IMG/VR virus record: IMGVR_UViG_3300008255_000460
Span: 1 to 24,496 of that record
DNA length: 24,496 bases
Strand: one strand, 5' to 3'
DNA from: a virus
Lineage: Duplodnaviria; Caudoviricetes
Shown: positions 1-7,489 of the stretch, one piece after another
Position numbering within the stretch: the stretch's first letter is position 1
Layout of the letters: each line of letters begins with the position of its first letter
Notes under the pieces: model-generated
Told to the model about the DNA's origin: nothing
The model's database searches: none
What the model saw: only the letters and a program-made list of their open reading frames with translations
Made by a program: the position numbers and the translations under genes

Positions 1-2
1 CG

Positions 3-155
3 GACACTCTGGACGAGGGAACACTTAAGCAACTGATTGAGGCGGTGGTTAACTTAATTTCAATCGGTGGCGGTCTTTTAGCGGCTGTCATGACCGGCTG
101 GGGGATTCTCCGCAAGATCTTTATTGGTCTTGGTTGGGTACAGTCTCGGAGATAG
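3..155 (+). CDS. 3' end of a holin-like membrane protein (partial)
   Basis: Frame open from the window edge (DTLDEGTLKQLIEAVVNLISIGGGLLAAVMTGWGILRKIFIGLGWVQSRR*); hydrophobic helix followed by a basic C-terminus. Not in the ORF track; translated by hand. Confidence 0.55.
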   Translation, partial: DTLDEGTLKQLIEAVVNLISIGGGLLAAVMTGWGILRKIFIGLGWVQSRR

Positions 156-169
156 CACCTTAAGAATTT
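155..169 (+). promoter_or_regulatory. boxA-like antitermination element
   Basis: GCACCTTAAGAATTT overlapping the upstream stop codon; resembles rrn boxA (TGCTCTTTAACAA); similar sites at 9319 and 18524. Confidence 0.35.
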
Positions 170-250
170 CATAGTAACACTTAGGATGTATAACCTATAA
201 AGGATAGGTTAAAATTGAGTAAAATCTAACCTATAAAAGTGGTACTCCCC

Positions 251-278
251 GCTCCCAGCTTCGGCTGGGGAGCTTTTT
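251..278 (+). terminator. Rho-independent terminator
   Basis: GCTCCCAGC-TTCG-GCTGGGGAGC hairpin (UUCG loop) followed by TTTTT. Confidence 0.7.
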
Positions 279-356
279 GAGTCCCCGAACTCGTGCCTTT
301 CTTAGCAATGGGCGGGAGTTGGGGGTGGGAAGTATCACAACACAAGGAGGTGCCCG

Positions 357-506
357 GTGTCCTACTTCTGCAAAACCTGCGAACATAACACCGGCCACCA
401 CTTCGCCGGTACCAAAATAGTGTGGTTCTTCCGCTTGTACGCCGTGTACAAGTGCGATGACTGCGCTACGGCTGACATCTTCGTTTACTTGGGCATTGCC
501 CACTAG
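357..506 (+). CDS. Small zinc-ribbon protein (49 aa, CxxC...CxxC)
   Basis: SD AAGGAGGTG at 344-352, GTG start; MSYFCKTCEHNTGHHFAGTKIVWFFRLYAVYKCDDCATADIFVYLGIAH*. Not in the ORF track. Confidence 0.65.
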   Translation: MSYFCKTCEHNTGHHFAGTKIVWFFRLYAVYKCDDCATADIFVYLGIAH

Positions 507-516
507 GGAGGGGAGC

Positions 517-735
517 ATGAGAACAGGCGACCACGAACCGACCGAGAAGTACCACAGGGTGTGGTGCAGCGAATGTAATCTTCGGCTACCGGAGCGTGGT
601 CATCGCGTGGTCATTGGAAGCAGGGTCTTCCATGAATCATGTCATGATCTGCTTCGGCGGCGCGGGAGGTTGCTTCATCCCGATAATGGCGGAGCGTCAT
701 CGTCGCAGATGTCGCACAACCAAGGGGGGAGGTGA
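517..735 (+). CDS. Small zinc-finger protein (CxxC...HxxC, 72 aa)
   Basis: Part of ORF 457..735; start moved to ATG 517 after GGGAGGGGAG; CSEC...FHESC pattern. Confidence 0.6.
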   Translation: MRTGDHEPTEKYHRVWCSECNLRLPERGHRVVIGSRVFHESCHDLLRRRGRLLHPDNGGASSSQMSHNQGGR

Positions 736-765
736 TCCGATCCGGTGAGGCTAACCCCCTCGCAA

Positions 766-795
766 TAGTACCCCTGCTTTCGGGTGGGGGTACTA
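766..795. terminator. GC-rich hairpin closing the SD-led cassette
   Basis: TAGTACCCC (766-774) pairs with GGGGTACTA (787-795); no U-tract. Confidence 0.4.
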
Positions 796-822
796 GACAA
801 ATTGGTAAGAGTGAGTTATCAT
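794..822 (+). promoter_or_regulatory. Sigma70-type promoter giving a leaderless HNH mRNA
   Basis: TAGACA-17-TATCAT, then 7 nt to ATG 830. Confidence 0.55.
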
Positions 823-829
823 TATTTCA

Positions 830-1480
830 ATGAAAGATTATACTTGCTCATTTTGTGGAGTAGTCTTTAGAGATTATCCCAGCAATAAAGATCAATACAA
901 AAAACAGCACTGCTCTAGAAAATGCCAGGGCTTAAGTTATCGGTCTAGTATTCCCAGAGAAAAGAAATGCTTAGTTTGTAAGAAAGTTTTTTCTAGACCG
1001 GCAAAATATAGTAATGCTATGTGGAAGAATAGAATCGCTTGTTCTATTAGCTGTTCTACATTAAGGGTTACTGGCAAGCCAAGAAAGTTGAATAATAAGA
1101 TAAACCATTCCGCTGGATATCTAAGGGTATATGTGTTTGAACATCCCAATAGGGAAAGTAAGCCGTATATGTTTGAACATAGACTCGTTGCGTCTACCGT
1201 TGCTGGTAGAGCATTACTTCCAGGAGAACAAGTGCATCACATAAACGGCAACAAAAAAGATAATAGGCCAGAGAATTTAATGATTGTCACTCAAGATGAA
1301 CATGCAAAGCTGGAAAAAGGATGGAAGCTTATTGAAGAAAATTGGCATAAGCCATGTAGTAATTGCAAAAGATTTTTGCGTGTAGATAAAAGCAACTTTT
1401 ATTTCCGTTCCAATGGAAAGGTTGTTTCTATCTGCATTCCATGTAGTGCAGAACTATACCGGAGAAAAAAGACTCCGTGA
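830..1480 (+). CDS. Free-standing HNH endonuclease with Cys-rich zinc-binding repeats
   Basis: EHRLVA...VHHINGNKKDNRPENL HNH motif; two CxxC...CSxxC repeats at the N-terminus and a further CxxC pair at the C-terminus. Confidence 0.9.
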   Translation: MKDYTCSFCGVVFRDYPSNKDQYKKQHCSRKCQGLSYRSSIPREKKCLVCKKVFSRPAKYSNAMWKNRIACSISCSTLRVTGKPRKLNNKINHSAGYLRVYVFEHPNRESKPYMFEHRLVASTVAGRALLPGEQVHHINGNKKDNRPENLMIVTQDEHAKLEKGWKLIEENWHKPCSNCKRFLRVDKSNFYFRSNGKVVSICIPCSAELYRRKKTP

Positions 1481-1588
1481 ACCTCTACCGCAGGGCTCCA
1501 CCGTCATTACCTGCGGCCGCACCGCTTCCCCTTGGGTAAGGGAGGCAACCCGGGGCGCCGGACTCTGAGCTGGCGCCCCACATAAAAC

Positions 1589-1759
1589 ATGCTTAAGGTA
1601 ATTTTCATCATTATTGCCATACCAACCACACTGGTTCTTTGCATTTTGGTAGTAGCATACTTGATATCTAAGCTACTGAAGTGGTACCACTATACGTTTT
1701 CAGATTGCGAACACCAGCATGACAGCAGAATCTTTGGGGTTTTTTGGCAAGATAACTGA
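1589..1759 (+). CDS. Small membrane protein (56 aa)
   Basis: MLKVIFIIIAIPTTLVLCILVVAYLISKLLKW...; stop 1 nt before the next ATG. Translated by hand. Confidence 0.55.
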   Translation: MLKVIFIIIAIPTTLVLCILVVAYLISKLLKWYHYTFSDCEHQHDSRIFGVFWQDN

Positions 1760-1760
1760 A

Positions 1761-2225
1761 ATGTATATATCAATACTTCAGCAATTAAGTTCAGCTTTAA
1801 TTAGCCTTACAATCCTACTCAATGGGACCACAGTCGCCCCAGACGGCTCTATTATCCCCAAAAGGGTAGATGACCCACCCGAGGCTATAAAATCCATTTC
1901 TGGCCTAAAACCAGGCGACTGGCATGTGGTTGGTGAGTTGGATGCCACAGTTACTGCTTATAGCTCCAGCCCCGACGAAACTTGGGGAGATCCGTTTATC
2001 TCTGCTGACGGCAATCGGGTTTATGATGGCTTGATTGCTTGCCCGCGCCGATATCCGTTTGGAACCCATTTTCTGATTATGGACAAGGTCTACCGTTGCG
2101 GAGATCGGCTACACTCTAAGTACGACTATCGATTTGATATCTGGAAACCATCCAAACAATTGGCTCTACAATGGGGAAAGCAGATAATCACAGTCTACCA
2201 AGTGCAAAAAGACATCTCTGCTTAA
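1761..2225 (+). CDS. 3D-domain (MltA-like) cell-wall protein with N-terminal hydrophobic segment
   Basis: VTAYSS..ETWGDPFISADG, IACPRRYPFGT, CGDR, RFDIW, ALQWGK; start likely ATG 1761 within ORF 1719..2225. Confidence 0.85.
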   Translation: MYISILQQLSSALISLTILLNGTTVAPDGSIIPKRVDDPPEAIKSISGLKPGDWHVVGELDATVTAYSSSPDETWGDPFISADGNRVYDGLIACPRRYPFGTHFLIMDKVYRCGDRLHSKYDYRFDIWKPSKQLALQWGKQIITVYQVQKDISA

Positions 2226-2271
2226 AAGTTATCCACAGGTGGCTTGACGGAAAATGAAGATGATCTAAACT
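2226..2271 (+). promoter_or_regulatory. DnaA box plus sigma70-type promoter
   Basis: TTATCCACA (2229-2237), then TTGACG (2244-2249)-16-TAAACT (2266-2271). Confidence 0.6.
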
Positions 2272-2274
2272 ATA

Positions 2275-2397
2275 GGTATTCGGTTTCAATGATGAGCTGA
2301 AAGACTATTTTGCTGGCGGTTTCCGAAAGGCAATCGCTGAGTAGGTAAAGGTCCTCATCAACCTAAACCGAACCGCCAGCATAGTAGTCTTTTTTTT
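2275..2397 (+). ncRNA. Putative cis-regulatory or small RNA with interleaved pairings, ending in a U-tract
   Basis: 2279-2286/2365-2372 and 2290-2296/2354-2360 pair; 2300-2321/2371-2392 pair; T8 at 2390-2397. Confidence 0.5.
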
Positions 2398-2408
2398 AGA
2401 CAAAGAAA

Positions 2409-2649
2409 ACCTATAAGGCAAACAGTAAGCTACAGGCTGACGATAGCTGCCGCTAAAGACCTAACAGACCCGTAAGGGACGCTGAAGAAGTACGGAGTGA
2501 GCCATCAGTCGTTTGTTAGTGATAATTGCGCCGCAAGTCGGGTATAGAGACGGATAAGGGAAACCTTTACCCTGAAGGAGCCGCGACTATAGGTAGAAAA
2601 CTATTGATCCTTGTTAGGAATATACTACGTAAGTATTTCTCATAAGGAT
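2409..2649 (+). ncRNA. Putative multi-stem structured RNA
   Basis: Closing helix 2409-2415/2588-2594; stems 2461-2469/2511-2519 and 2540-2544/2568-2572; GUAA and GAAA tetraloops; hairpin 2607-2649; no ORF in the track. Confidence 0.4.
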
Positions 2650-2693
2650 TCGCTTTCCCTTTTAGAAGGAAGGTAGGATATCATTATATTATA

Positions 2694-2897
2694 ATGGGGA
2701 TTGACAGAAAATATATAAGCAGGTGTTGTAGTGAGGAAGCGATCCTCTTGCGAGAAGTGAGAAAATCGAAAAACGGCAAATTTTTTTTGGCGGAAAGAGA
2801 TCAAGACAACTTCCCCGGGACCGACACCCTGACTTATTTCGTGTGTGTAAACTGCGCCGCTCAGTGCTTGATAAAAAATCCGGCGACAAGCGCTTGA
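2694..2897 (+). CDS. Small Cys-rich hypothetical protein
   Basis: ORF track; SRCC...CVNCAAQC pattern. Confidence 0.55.
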   Translation: MGIDRKYISRCCSEEAILLREVRKSKNGKFFLAERDQDNFPGTDTLTYFVCVNCAAQCLIKNPATSA

Positions 2898-2922
2898 CTT
2901 TTTCAAACCGTTTGTTTACACT
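2894..2922 (+). promoter_or_regulatory. Promoter with operator variant, leaderless
   Basis: TTGACT-17-TACACT, then 6 nt to ATG 2929; CCGTTTGTTT at 2908-2917. Confidence 0.6.
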
Positions 2923-2928
2923 GGCAGT

Positions 2929-3078
2929 ATGAAAATCAGCAGACAAGAATTGAGTCGCGTCATGTCCGAGCTGGGCAAGCGATCTTGGCGTGTACGCAGA
3001 AAGCAGGAAAACACCCGCAAGCATTTAGCGGAGATAGGCAGAAAGGGCGGAAAGAAATCCAGAAAGACCGGCAAATAA
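2929..3078 (+). CDS. Basic 49-aa KGG-motif peptide, candidate DNA-binding regulator
   Basis: MKISRQELSRVMSELGKRSWRVRRKQENTRKHLAEIGRKGGKKSRKTGK*; AEIGRKGG resembles the KGG repeat (GsiB/YciG type). Has its own promoter and terminator; not in the ORF track. Confidence 0.7.
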   Translation: MKISRQELSRVMSELGKRSWRVRRKQENTRKHLAEIGRKGGKKSRKTGK

Positions 3079-3090
3079 CTGGTCTTTTTT
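3063..3090 (+). terminator. Intrinsic terminator overlapping the stop codon
   Basis: AAAGACCGG-CAAATAA-CTGGTCTTTTTT. Confidence 0.6.
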
Positions 3091-3164
3091 GTTCGAAAGT
3101 TATCCACAACCATAGCGGTGAAGTTACCGTAATGGTCTAAAATAGCCCCAAAATGGGGGGGGGC

Positions 3165-3192
3165 TTGACATAAGCGAACGGTCTGCTATACT
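3165..3192 (+). promoter_or_regulatory. Strong promoter with operator in the spacer
   Basis: TTGACA-16-TATACT with TGn extension; AAGCGAACGG at 3172-3181; DnaA box at 3100-3108. Confidence 0.75.
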
Positions 3193-3246
3193 GAAGTTGC
3201 TGGGTGGTCGGCCCGGCGAGAATTAAAAAAATTAAGCATTAAAAAA

Positions 3247-3741
3247 ATGAAATATACAATCACTAATTTGAAAAAAGGAGATTTGGTTACTATCCTCGGT
3301 ATTAGTAGCTTTATGGGTAACACAACAAAGACTGTTATCCAGTACACAGGAAACTTAACGAGTGACGGAAAACAGATCTTCAAGGAGCCCAAAAAAGGGG
3401 CGCGGAAAAAGTTTACTATTCGGCCATTCAATGACGAGGTCATGGCTTTTGTCGGCGATGTCCCGTTTAAGATTGATAGCGAAATCACGACGAATGATGG
3501 AGTGTTCAGTAGCCGGATAATGCGAGGTAATGCGTGCTTCAACTTGGTCGGAGATTCATCAGAAATCAAGGACTGGATAATGAACAGAAACATTAACCCG
3601 GACTTCAAAAAATACGACTACGTCCTCTTGGTCGATGGAGACAAGGAAATTCCCTTGTTTCCCGAAGTACCGACAAGCCACGCAGTTGTGGCTCGTGTGC
3701 GCGAAGCAATGCCGGCAGCAACCAACTTAAATCTTTACTAA
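3247..3741 (+). CDS. Hypothetical early protein
   Basis: 164-aa ORF after a promoter and A-rich leader. Confidence 0.75.
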   Translation: MKYTITNLKKGDLVTILGISSFMGNTTKTVIQYTGNLTSDGKQIFKEPKKGARKKFTIRPFNDEVMAFVGDVPFKIDSEITTNDGVFSSRIMRGNACFNLVGDSSEIKDWIMNRNINPDFKKYDYVLLVDGDKEIPLFPEVPTSHAVVARVREAMPAATNLNLY

Positions 3742-3742
3742 A

Positions 3743-3976
3743 ATGACTATCGAAATCATGCCCAAGACGGAAGTTCGCGAGAGCTACCCGGCGCAGTGCC
3801 ATCTGATCCGTCACTACAAAGTCTCCGAGGATGGGGAAACGCTGGGGATTGGGCACACCCGGGAGGGTGCTCTTGATCGGGCTTTTGCAAATCTATTCCG
3901 ATTGAATTTGAATCCGATCGCAATTTGTAGATGCGATGGCGGCAATGGCCGTTGTGCGGGTTGCTGGGATGAGTGA
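3743..3976 (+). CDS. Hypothetical protein, Cys-rich C-terminus
   Basis: Starts 1 nt after the previous stop. Confidence 0.55.
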   Translation: MTIEIMPKTEVRESYPAQCHLIRHYKVSEDGETLGIGHTREGALDRAFANLFRLNLNPIAICRCDGGNGRCAGCWDE

Positions 3977-4016
3977 AAGTTATCCACTGGTCAAATATAA
4001 GCCGTTCGCTTATACT
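3977..4016 (+). promoter_or_regulatory. DnaA-box variant, operator and -10 element
   Basis: AAGTTATCCAC at 3977; CCGTTCGCTT at 4002-4011; TATACT at 4011-4016. Confidence 0.6.
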
Positions 4017-4068
4017 GAAAGAGTAAAAAGGTCGTACCTGTAAGAGAATTAAAAAAAATCAAAAATTT

Positions 4069-4584
4069 ATGTTCATGAAAAAAATCTGGGGTAAATCTTA
4101 TCTTGAAGCCCATCCGCACAATAATAAAGGCGGCCTCTGGGGTTCGATTAAGCGCTTTACCTACAATACGGTCCTGGGAATTCGCCGGACCGCGATCTTA
4201 GTTTCTATCGTATCGTTGATCTTTACTGTTGGCTACTTTGCCAATAAGACCAATGACGCGGTGATTCATACGGTGGAAAAAGAAGTGATCCGCGAAGTGC
4301 AGGCCACGGGTGTTCCTCCAGTTCTAACCCGAATCGCCAGCTGTGAGCTGTGGGGCGTGCCAGATAAGAAGCCGTCACACAGCGATCCTAAGACCGGCCA
4401 GGTGTTCATCGGTAAGAGCGGAGATGTGGGCAAGTACCACATCAATGCGCCGATCTGGGGCAAGAAAGCCACGGAGTTGGGCCTAGACCTAACCGTTGAG
4501 GCCGGCAATGAGGCCATGGCCGTGTGGATCTACCACAACCATGGGACCGAGCCATGGTACCTAACCAAAAGTTGTTGGAGATAG
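4069..4584 (+). CDS. Membrane-anchored lysozyme-like (SLT/Rpf-like) protein
   Basis: TM segment, then RIASCE (candidate catalytic Glu), DVGKYHIN...W, AVWIY..GTEPW..TKSCW. Confidence 0.6.
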   Translation: MFMKKIWGKSYLEAHPHNNKGGLWGSIKRFTYNTVLGIRRTAILVSIVSLIFTVGYFANKTNDAVIHTVEKEVIREVQATGVPPVLTRIASCELWGVPDKKPSHSDPKTGQVFIGKSGDVGKYHINAPIWGKKATELGLDLTVEAGNEAMAVWIYHNHGTEPWYLTKSCWR

Positions 4585-4622
4585 CAGTCAAGTATCTCCA
4601 TTTACCAGTAAAAAAAATCTAT

Positions 4623-5231
4623 ATGGAAAAAATTGAATCTAAAGACGTTGTTGTTGTAAAGCAGCAAGTCACCAAGGCCTACAACAGCGCCGAGGAGATC
4701 GAGATCAAGTCGGAAACCGATCTGGCTCCGGCTGCTGACTTTCTTAAGAAAGTGAAAACAGTGCAGCGCCTAGTGACCCAAGAGGAAAAAAAGCAGTTGG
4801 ACCCAGCCCGCGCCACCGTGGACGCCATTCGCAGTTTTTGGCGACCGATGAAAGACAAGATTGATGAAGCCGAAAAAATCGTGAAGAAGAAAATCTTAGC
4901 CTTTGACCGTGTGCAGAGTGAAGCCCGAGCTAAGAAAGAAGCTCAGCTCAGCGCGCGCGTGGAAAAAGGTACCATGAAGTTCGGTACCGCGGTCAAAAAA
5001 ATGGACGACTTGCCTACGGTTCAGACCGCTATCGAGACCGACAAAGGCGCGGTCACGTTTAAGATCGAGCGCAAGGTATTCGTTGAGAACGAATCCCAAA
5101 TCCCGGACGAGTACTGGATGCTGGATATGGTAAAAATCCGCGGTGCTGCTCTGGGGAACAAGGCCAAGGGCATTGAGCCTGTTGAAATCCCGGGCGTAAA
5201 GGTCGTGGAGGAAAAGAATCTCGCCGCTTAG
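4623..5231 (+). CDS. Coiled-coil phage recombination-module protein (Gp157/Gam-like)
   Basis: Helical charged N-terminus; ESQIPDEYWMLD and EIPGVKV at the C-terminus; start likely ATG 4623. Confidence 0.55.
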   Translation: MEKIESKDVVVVKQQVTKAYNSAEEIEIKSETDLAPAADFLKKVKTVQRLVTQEEKKQLDPARATVDAIRSFWRPMKDKIDEAEKIVKKKILAFDRVQSEARAKKEAQLSARVEKGTMKFGTAVKKMDDLPTVQTAIETDKGAVTFKIERKVFVENESQIPDEYWMLDMVKIRGAALGNKAKGIEPVEIPGVKVVEEKNLAA

Positions 5232-5232
5232 T

Positions 5233-6018
5233 ATGGTCAAGAAAAAGACAACCAAAAAGAAAGTCACCAAGCGAAAGCGAAAGGTCGCAAAACCCAAAGG
5301 CTTAGTGGCTATGCCCAGCCCAGCTCATCCGGAGATCCAGCTCATGGTGGCCAGCGAGATGGCTGATGACAGCATGATCGAGGCGGAATTGCTTGGGGAG
5401 GTCTTACCGCATTTTGTTTACCAGTTTAGCCAAGAGGGTAAAGACGTCACTGGAATGACGGTTAAGGGTGTGAGCGAAGTCGTTCGGAGGATTAACCGTA
5501 ATCCTAAGAGTGGCTCTAAGATTCGCCTCAATCCGGAGTTTATCCGTGTTGAGCGCAACGCAGAATATGACGGACAGAAAGGCGTTGAGGTGATGGTGTA
5601 CGCCGAAGATTTAGTGACCGGAGGCAGTGCATGGGGAGCAAAATTCGAGCCTTATACAAAGAAAGGTCGTCGAGGTGAATACCCTAACACCTTTCCTTTA
5701 GAAAAGGCCTTGTCGAAAGCCGAGCGCAACGCTAAGAGGAAACTGATCCCCGAGACCATGGCTACCAAAATGATTCAAAAGCTGATTAAAGAGGATCCTG
5801 GTACAATTCAAAAGATCGAGGCACCGGCACCGCGGGAGATGAGCGTTAGTCAAAAGTTCGCGCAGTCCAAGCAGATGATCGATGCGTGCAAAAACGTGGA
5901 CATCCTGTACAGCTGGAGGGAGCGCATACCAGACCACCCGGACTATACCGCAGATCAAAAGCAAGAGTTAGTTAAACTGATTGATGCTCAAATTGATCGC
6001 GTCATAAACCCAGTATGA
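5233..6018 (+). CDS. Putative single-strand annealing protein with Lys-rich N-tail
   Basis: Lies next to the exonuclease; EKALSKAERNAKRKLI helix resembles Rad52/RecT/ERF-type C-terminal motifs. Confidence 0.45.
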   Translation: MVKKKTTKKKVTKRKRKVAKPKGLVAMPSPAHPEIQLMVASEMADDSMIEAELLGEVLPHFVYQFSQEGKDVTGMTVKGVSEVVRRINRNPKSGSKIRLNPEFIRVERNAEYDGQKGVEVMVYAEDLVTGGSAWGAKFEPYTKKGRRGEYPNTFPLEKALSKAERNAKRKLIPETMATKMIQKLIKEDPGTIQKIEAPAPREMSVSQKFAQSKQMIDACKNVDILYSWRERIPDHPDYTADQKQELVKLIDAQIDRVINPV

Positions 6019-6647
6019 TCAACACCCCCACCAAACACTTATCCTGGACTCAGCTGGACATGATCGAGCGGAACAAAAAGGGCTACATTCAACGCTACAT
6101 TTACGGTGAGAAGTTTGTCACCCCAGAGATGGAGTACGGTAAGAATGTGGCCAGGATTTTAGCCGGGCAAGCGGAGGTGGATAAGTACGATCCTGGTCTG
6201 GCCATGGCCTTAGAGTTTTTACCGCGCTACCCTAAGGCCGAAGCAAAGTTCACTCCTAAACTCAAGCATAAGGACGGAGAGATTCCGTTACTTGGATATC
6301 TGGACGGCTGGGACTACCGGAAGCTGATAGTCGATGAGATTAAGACTGGTCGCCGGCGCAAGGACGGGAAGGCGTCTTGGACTCAAGCAACCGCAGACAA
6401 ACACTCACAACTCCAGTTTTACGCGCTCATGGTGTACCTGAAATACGGCAAACTCCCCAAGGAAACCCGGGTTAGCTGGATTGAAACCCGCAAAGATGAA
6501 GATAACAGACACATCTACGCCACAGGATTTGTCCAAGTATTCAGCGTGAAGATCTCCCAGCAACAGGTATTGAAAATGGCAGCCCGCGCAGTCAAAGGTT
6601 GGAACCTGATTCAAGAAGTAACCCAAAAACATTATGACCGATTCTAA
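6015..6647 (+). CDS. PD-(D/E)XK (RecB/Cas4-like) nuclease
   Basis: HLSWTQL, GYLDG, DEIKTG, QLQFYAL motifs. Confidence 0.85.
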   Translation: MINTPTKHLSWTQLDMIERNKKGYIQRYIYGEKFVTPEMEYGKNVARILAGQAEVDKYDPGLAMALEFLPRYPKAEAKFTPKLKHKDGEIPLLGYLDGWDYRKLIVDEIKTGRRRKDGKASWTQATADKHSQLQFYALMVYLKYGKLPKETRVSWIETRKDEDNRHIYATGFVQVFSVKISQQQVLKMAARAVKGWNLIQEVTQKHYDRF

Positions 6648-7011
6648 AGAAAGAGCCTTCAAGATCCCGGCTTATTTAGTGGGACTGAGTCTCCTTAAGG
6701 ATGGAGGTGGGAGCATCAGATTCTCCACCCAAGAACTCACCGCAGAGGATATGTTTGCACTCAAGCAGTATCACAATGCTTTTGGGTGGTTATTGTTCAA
6801 GGAAAACGAGATCGAGCCCGAGGAGCTCCCAACCGAGGACGCAGAACTAGAAGGAAAAACACCCTCTAAGCGTCTCTACAATGTTTTGTACGCTTACTAC
6901 CGGCAGAAAAAAGAAAAAGGGTCGATGCCGGATTCCAAGATGTTTAATCAGTTTTACCGCGAGCAGATGGAGGCAATTATCGAGCACTTCAAAGACAAAC
7001 TGGATAACTAA
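6634..7011 (+). CDS. Phage hypothetical protein
   Basis: Overlaps the upstream gene; GWLLF and KTPSKRLYNVLY. Confidence 0.7.
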   Translation: MTDSKERAFKIPAYLVGLSLLKDGGGSIRFSTQELTAEDMFALKQYHNAFGWLLFKENEIEPEELPTEDAELEGKTPSKRLYNVLYAYYRQKKEKGSMPDSKMFNQFYREQMEAIIEHFKDKLDN

Positions 7012-7028
7012 GTGGTATAATTAGAGTA

Positions 7029-7442
7029 ATGTTCCGAGTTAAAATCGACCTTACCGATCAGGCGTTCAGCCGTTACATCCGCAAGCGCGACAAATGGACC
7101 TGCCAGCGCTGTGGCCGATTCTTTCCCTTGGATGATGACGGCGGGATGACCGAGCGCGGCCGGCTCCAGTGTTCTCACTATATTGGCCGCGGCAATCAAG
7201 CTACCAGAATGGACCCAGAGAATTGTATGGCGCTTTGTATGGGCTGCCATTCGTATCTGGAAACCCGCAAGCCCACGGAATATCGGGAACTCATGATCAG
7301 GCGACTGGGTAAAGCAAAACACGACGCGCTTTTGGTCCGATCCAAGCAATCGAAACCAGTGACTAAAAAAGACAAGCTCGCCCTCCGGCAAAAATTTCTT
7401 AAGCTCTACAACGAACTCGAGGAATACTGGCCAGAGATCTAA
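7029..7442 (+). CDS. NinG/Rap-like HNH-family nuclease
   Basis: FSRYIRKRD..CQRCG, QCSHYIGR, ENCMALCMGCH; TGGTATAAT ends 7 nt before the ATG. Confidence 0.75.
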   Translation: MFRVKIDLTDQAFSRYIRKRDKWTCQRCGRFFPLDDDGGMTERGRLQCSHYIGRGNQATRMDPENCMALCMGCHSYLETRKPTEYRELMIRRLGKAKHDALLVRSKQSKPVTKKDKLALRQKFLKLYNELEEYWPEI

Positions 7443-7489
7443 GTTATCCCCAGGCTGGAAACCCTAAAAAATGCTATACTTATAGCAAT

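Noticed and set aside
2438-2460. CTGACGA-TAGC-TGCC-GCTA-AAGAC resembles a hammerhead ribozyme core
   Set aside because: The required GAAA after stem II is absent and I could not build stems I and III.
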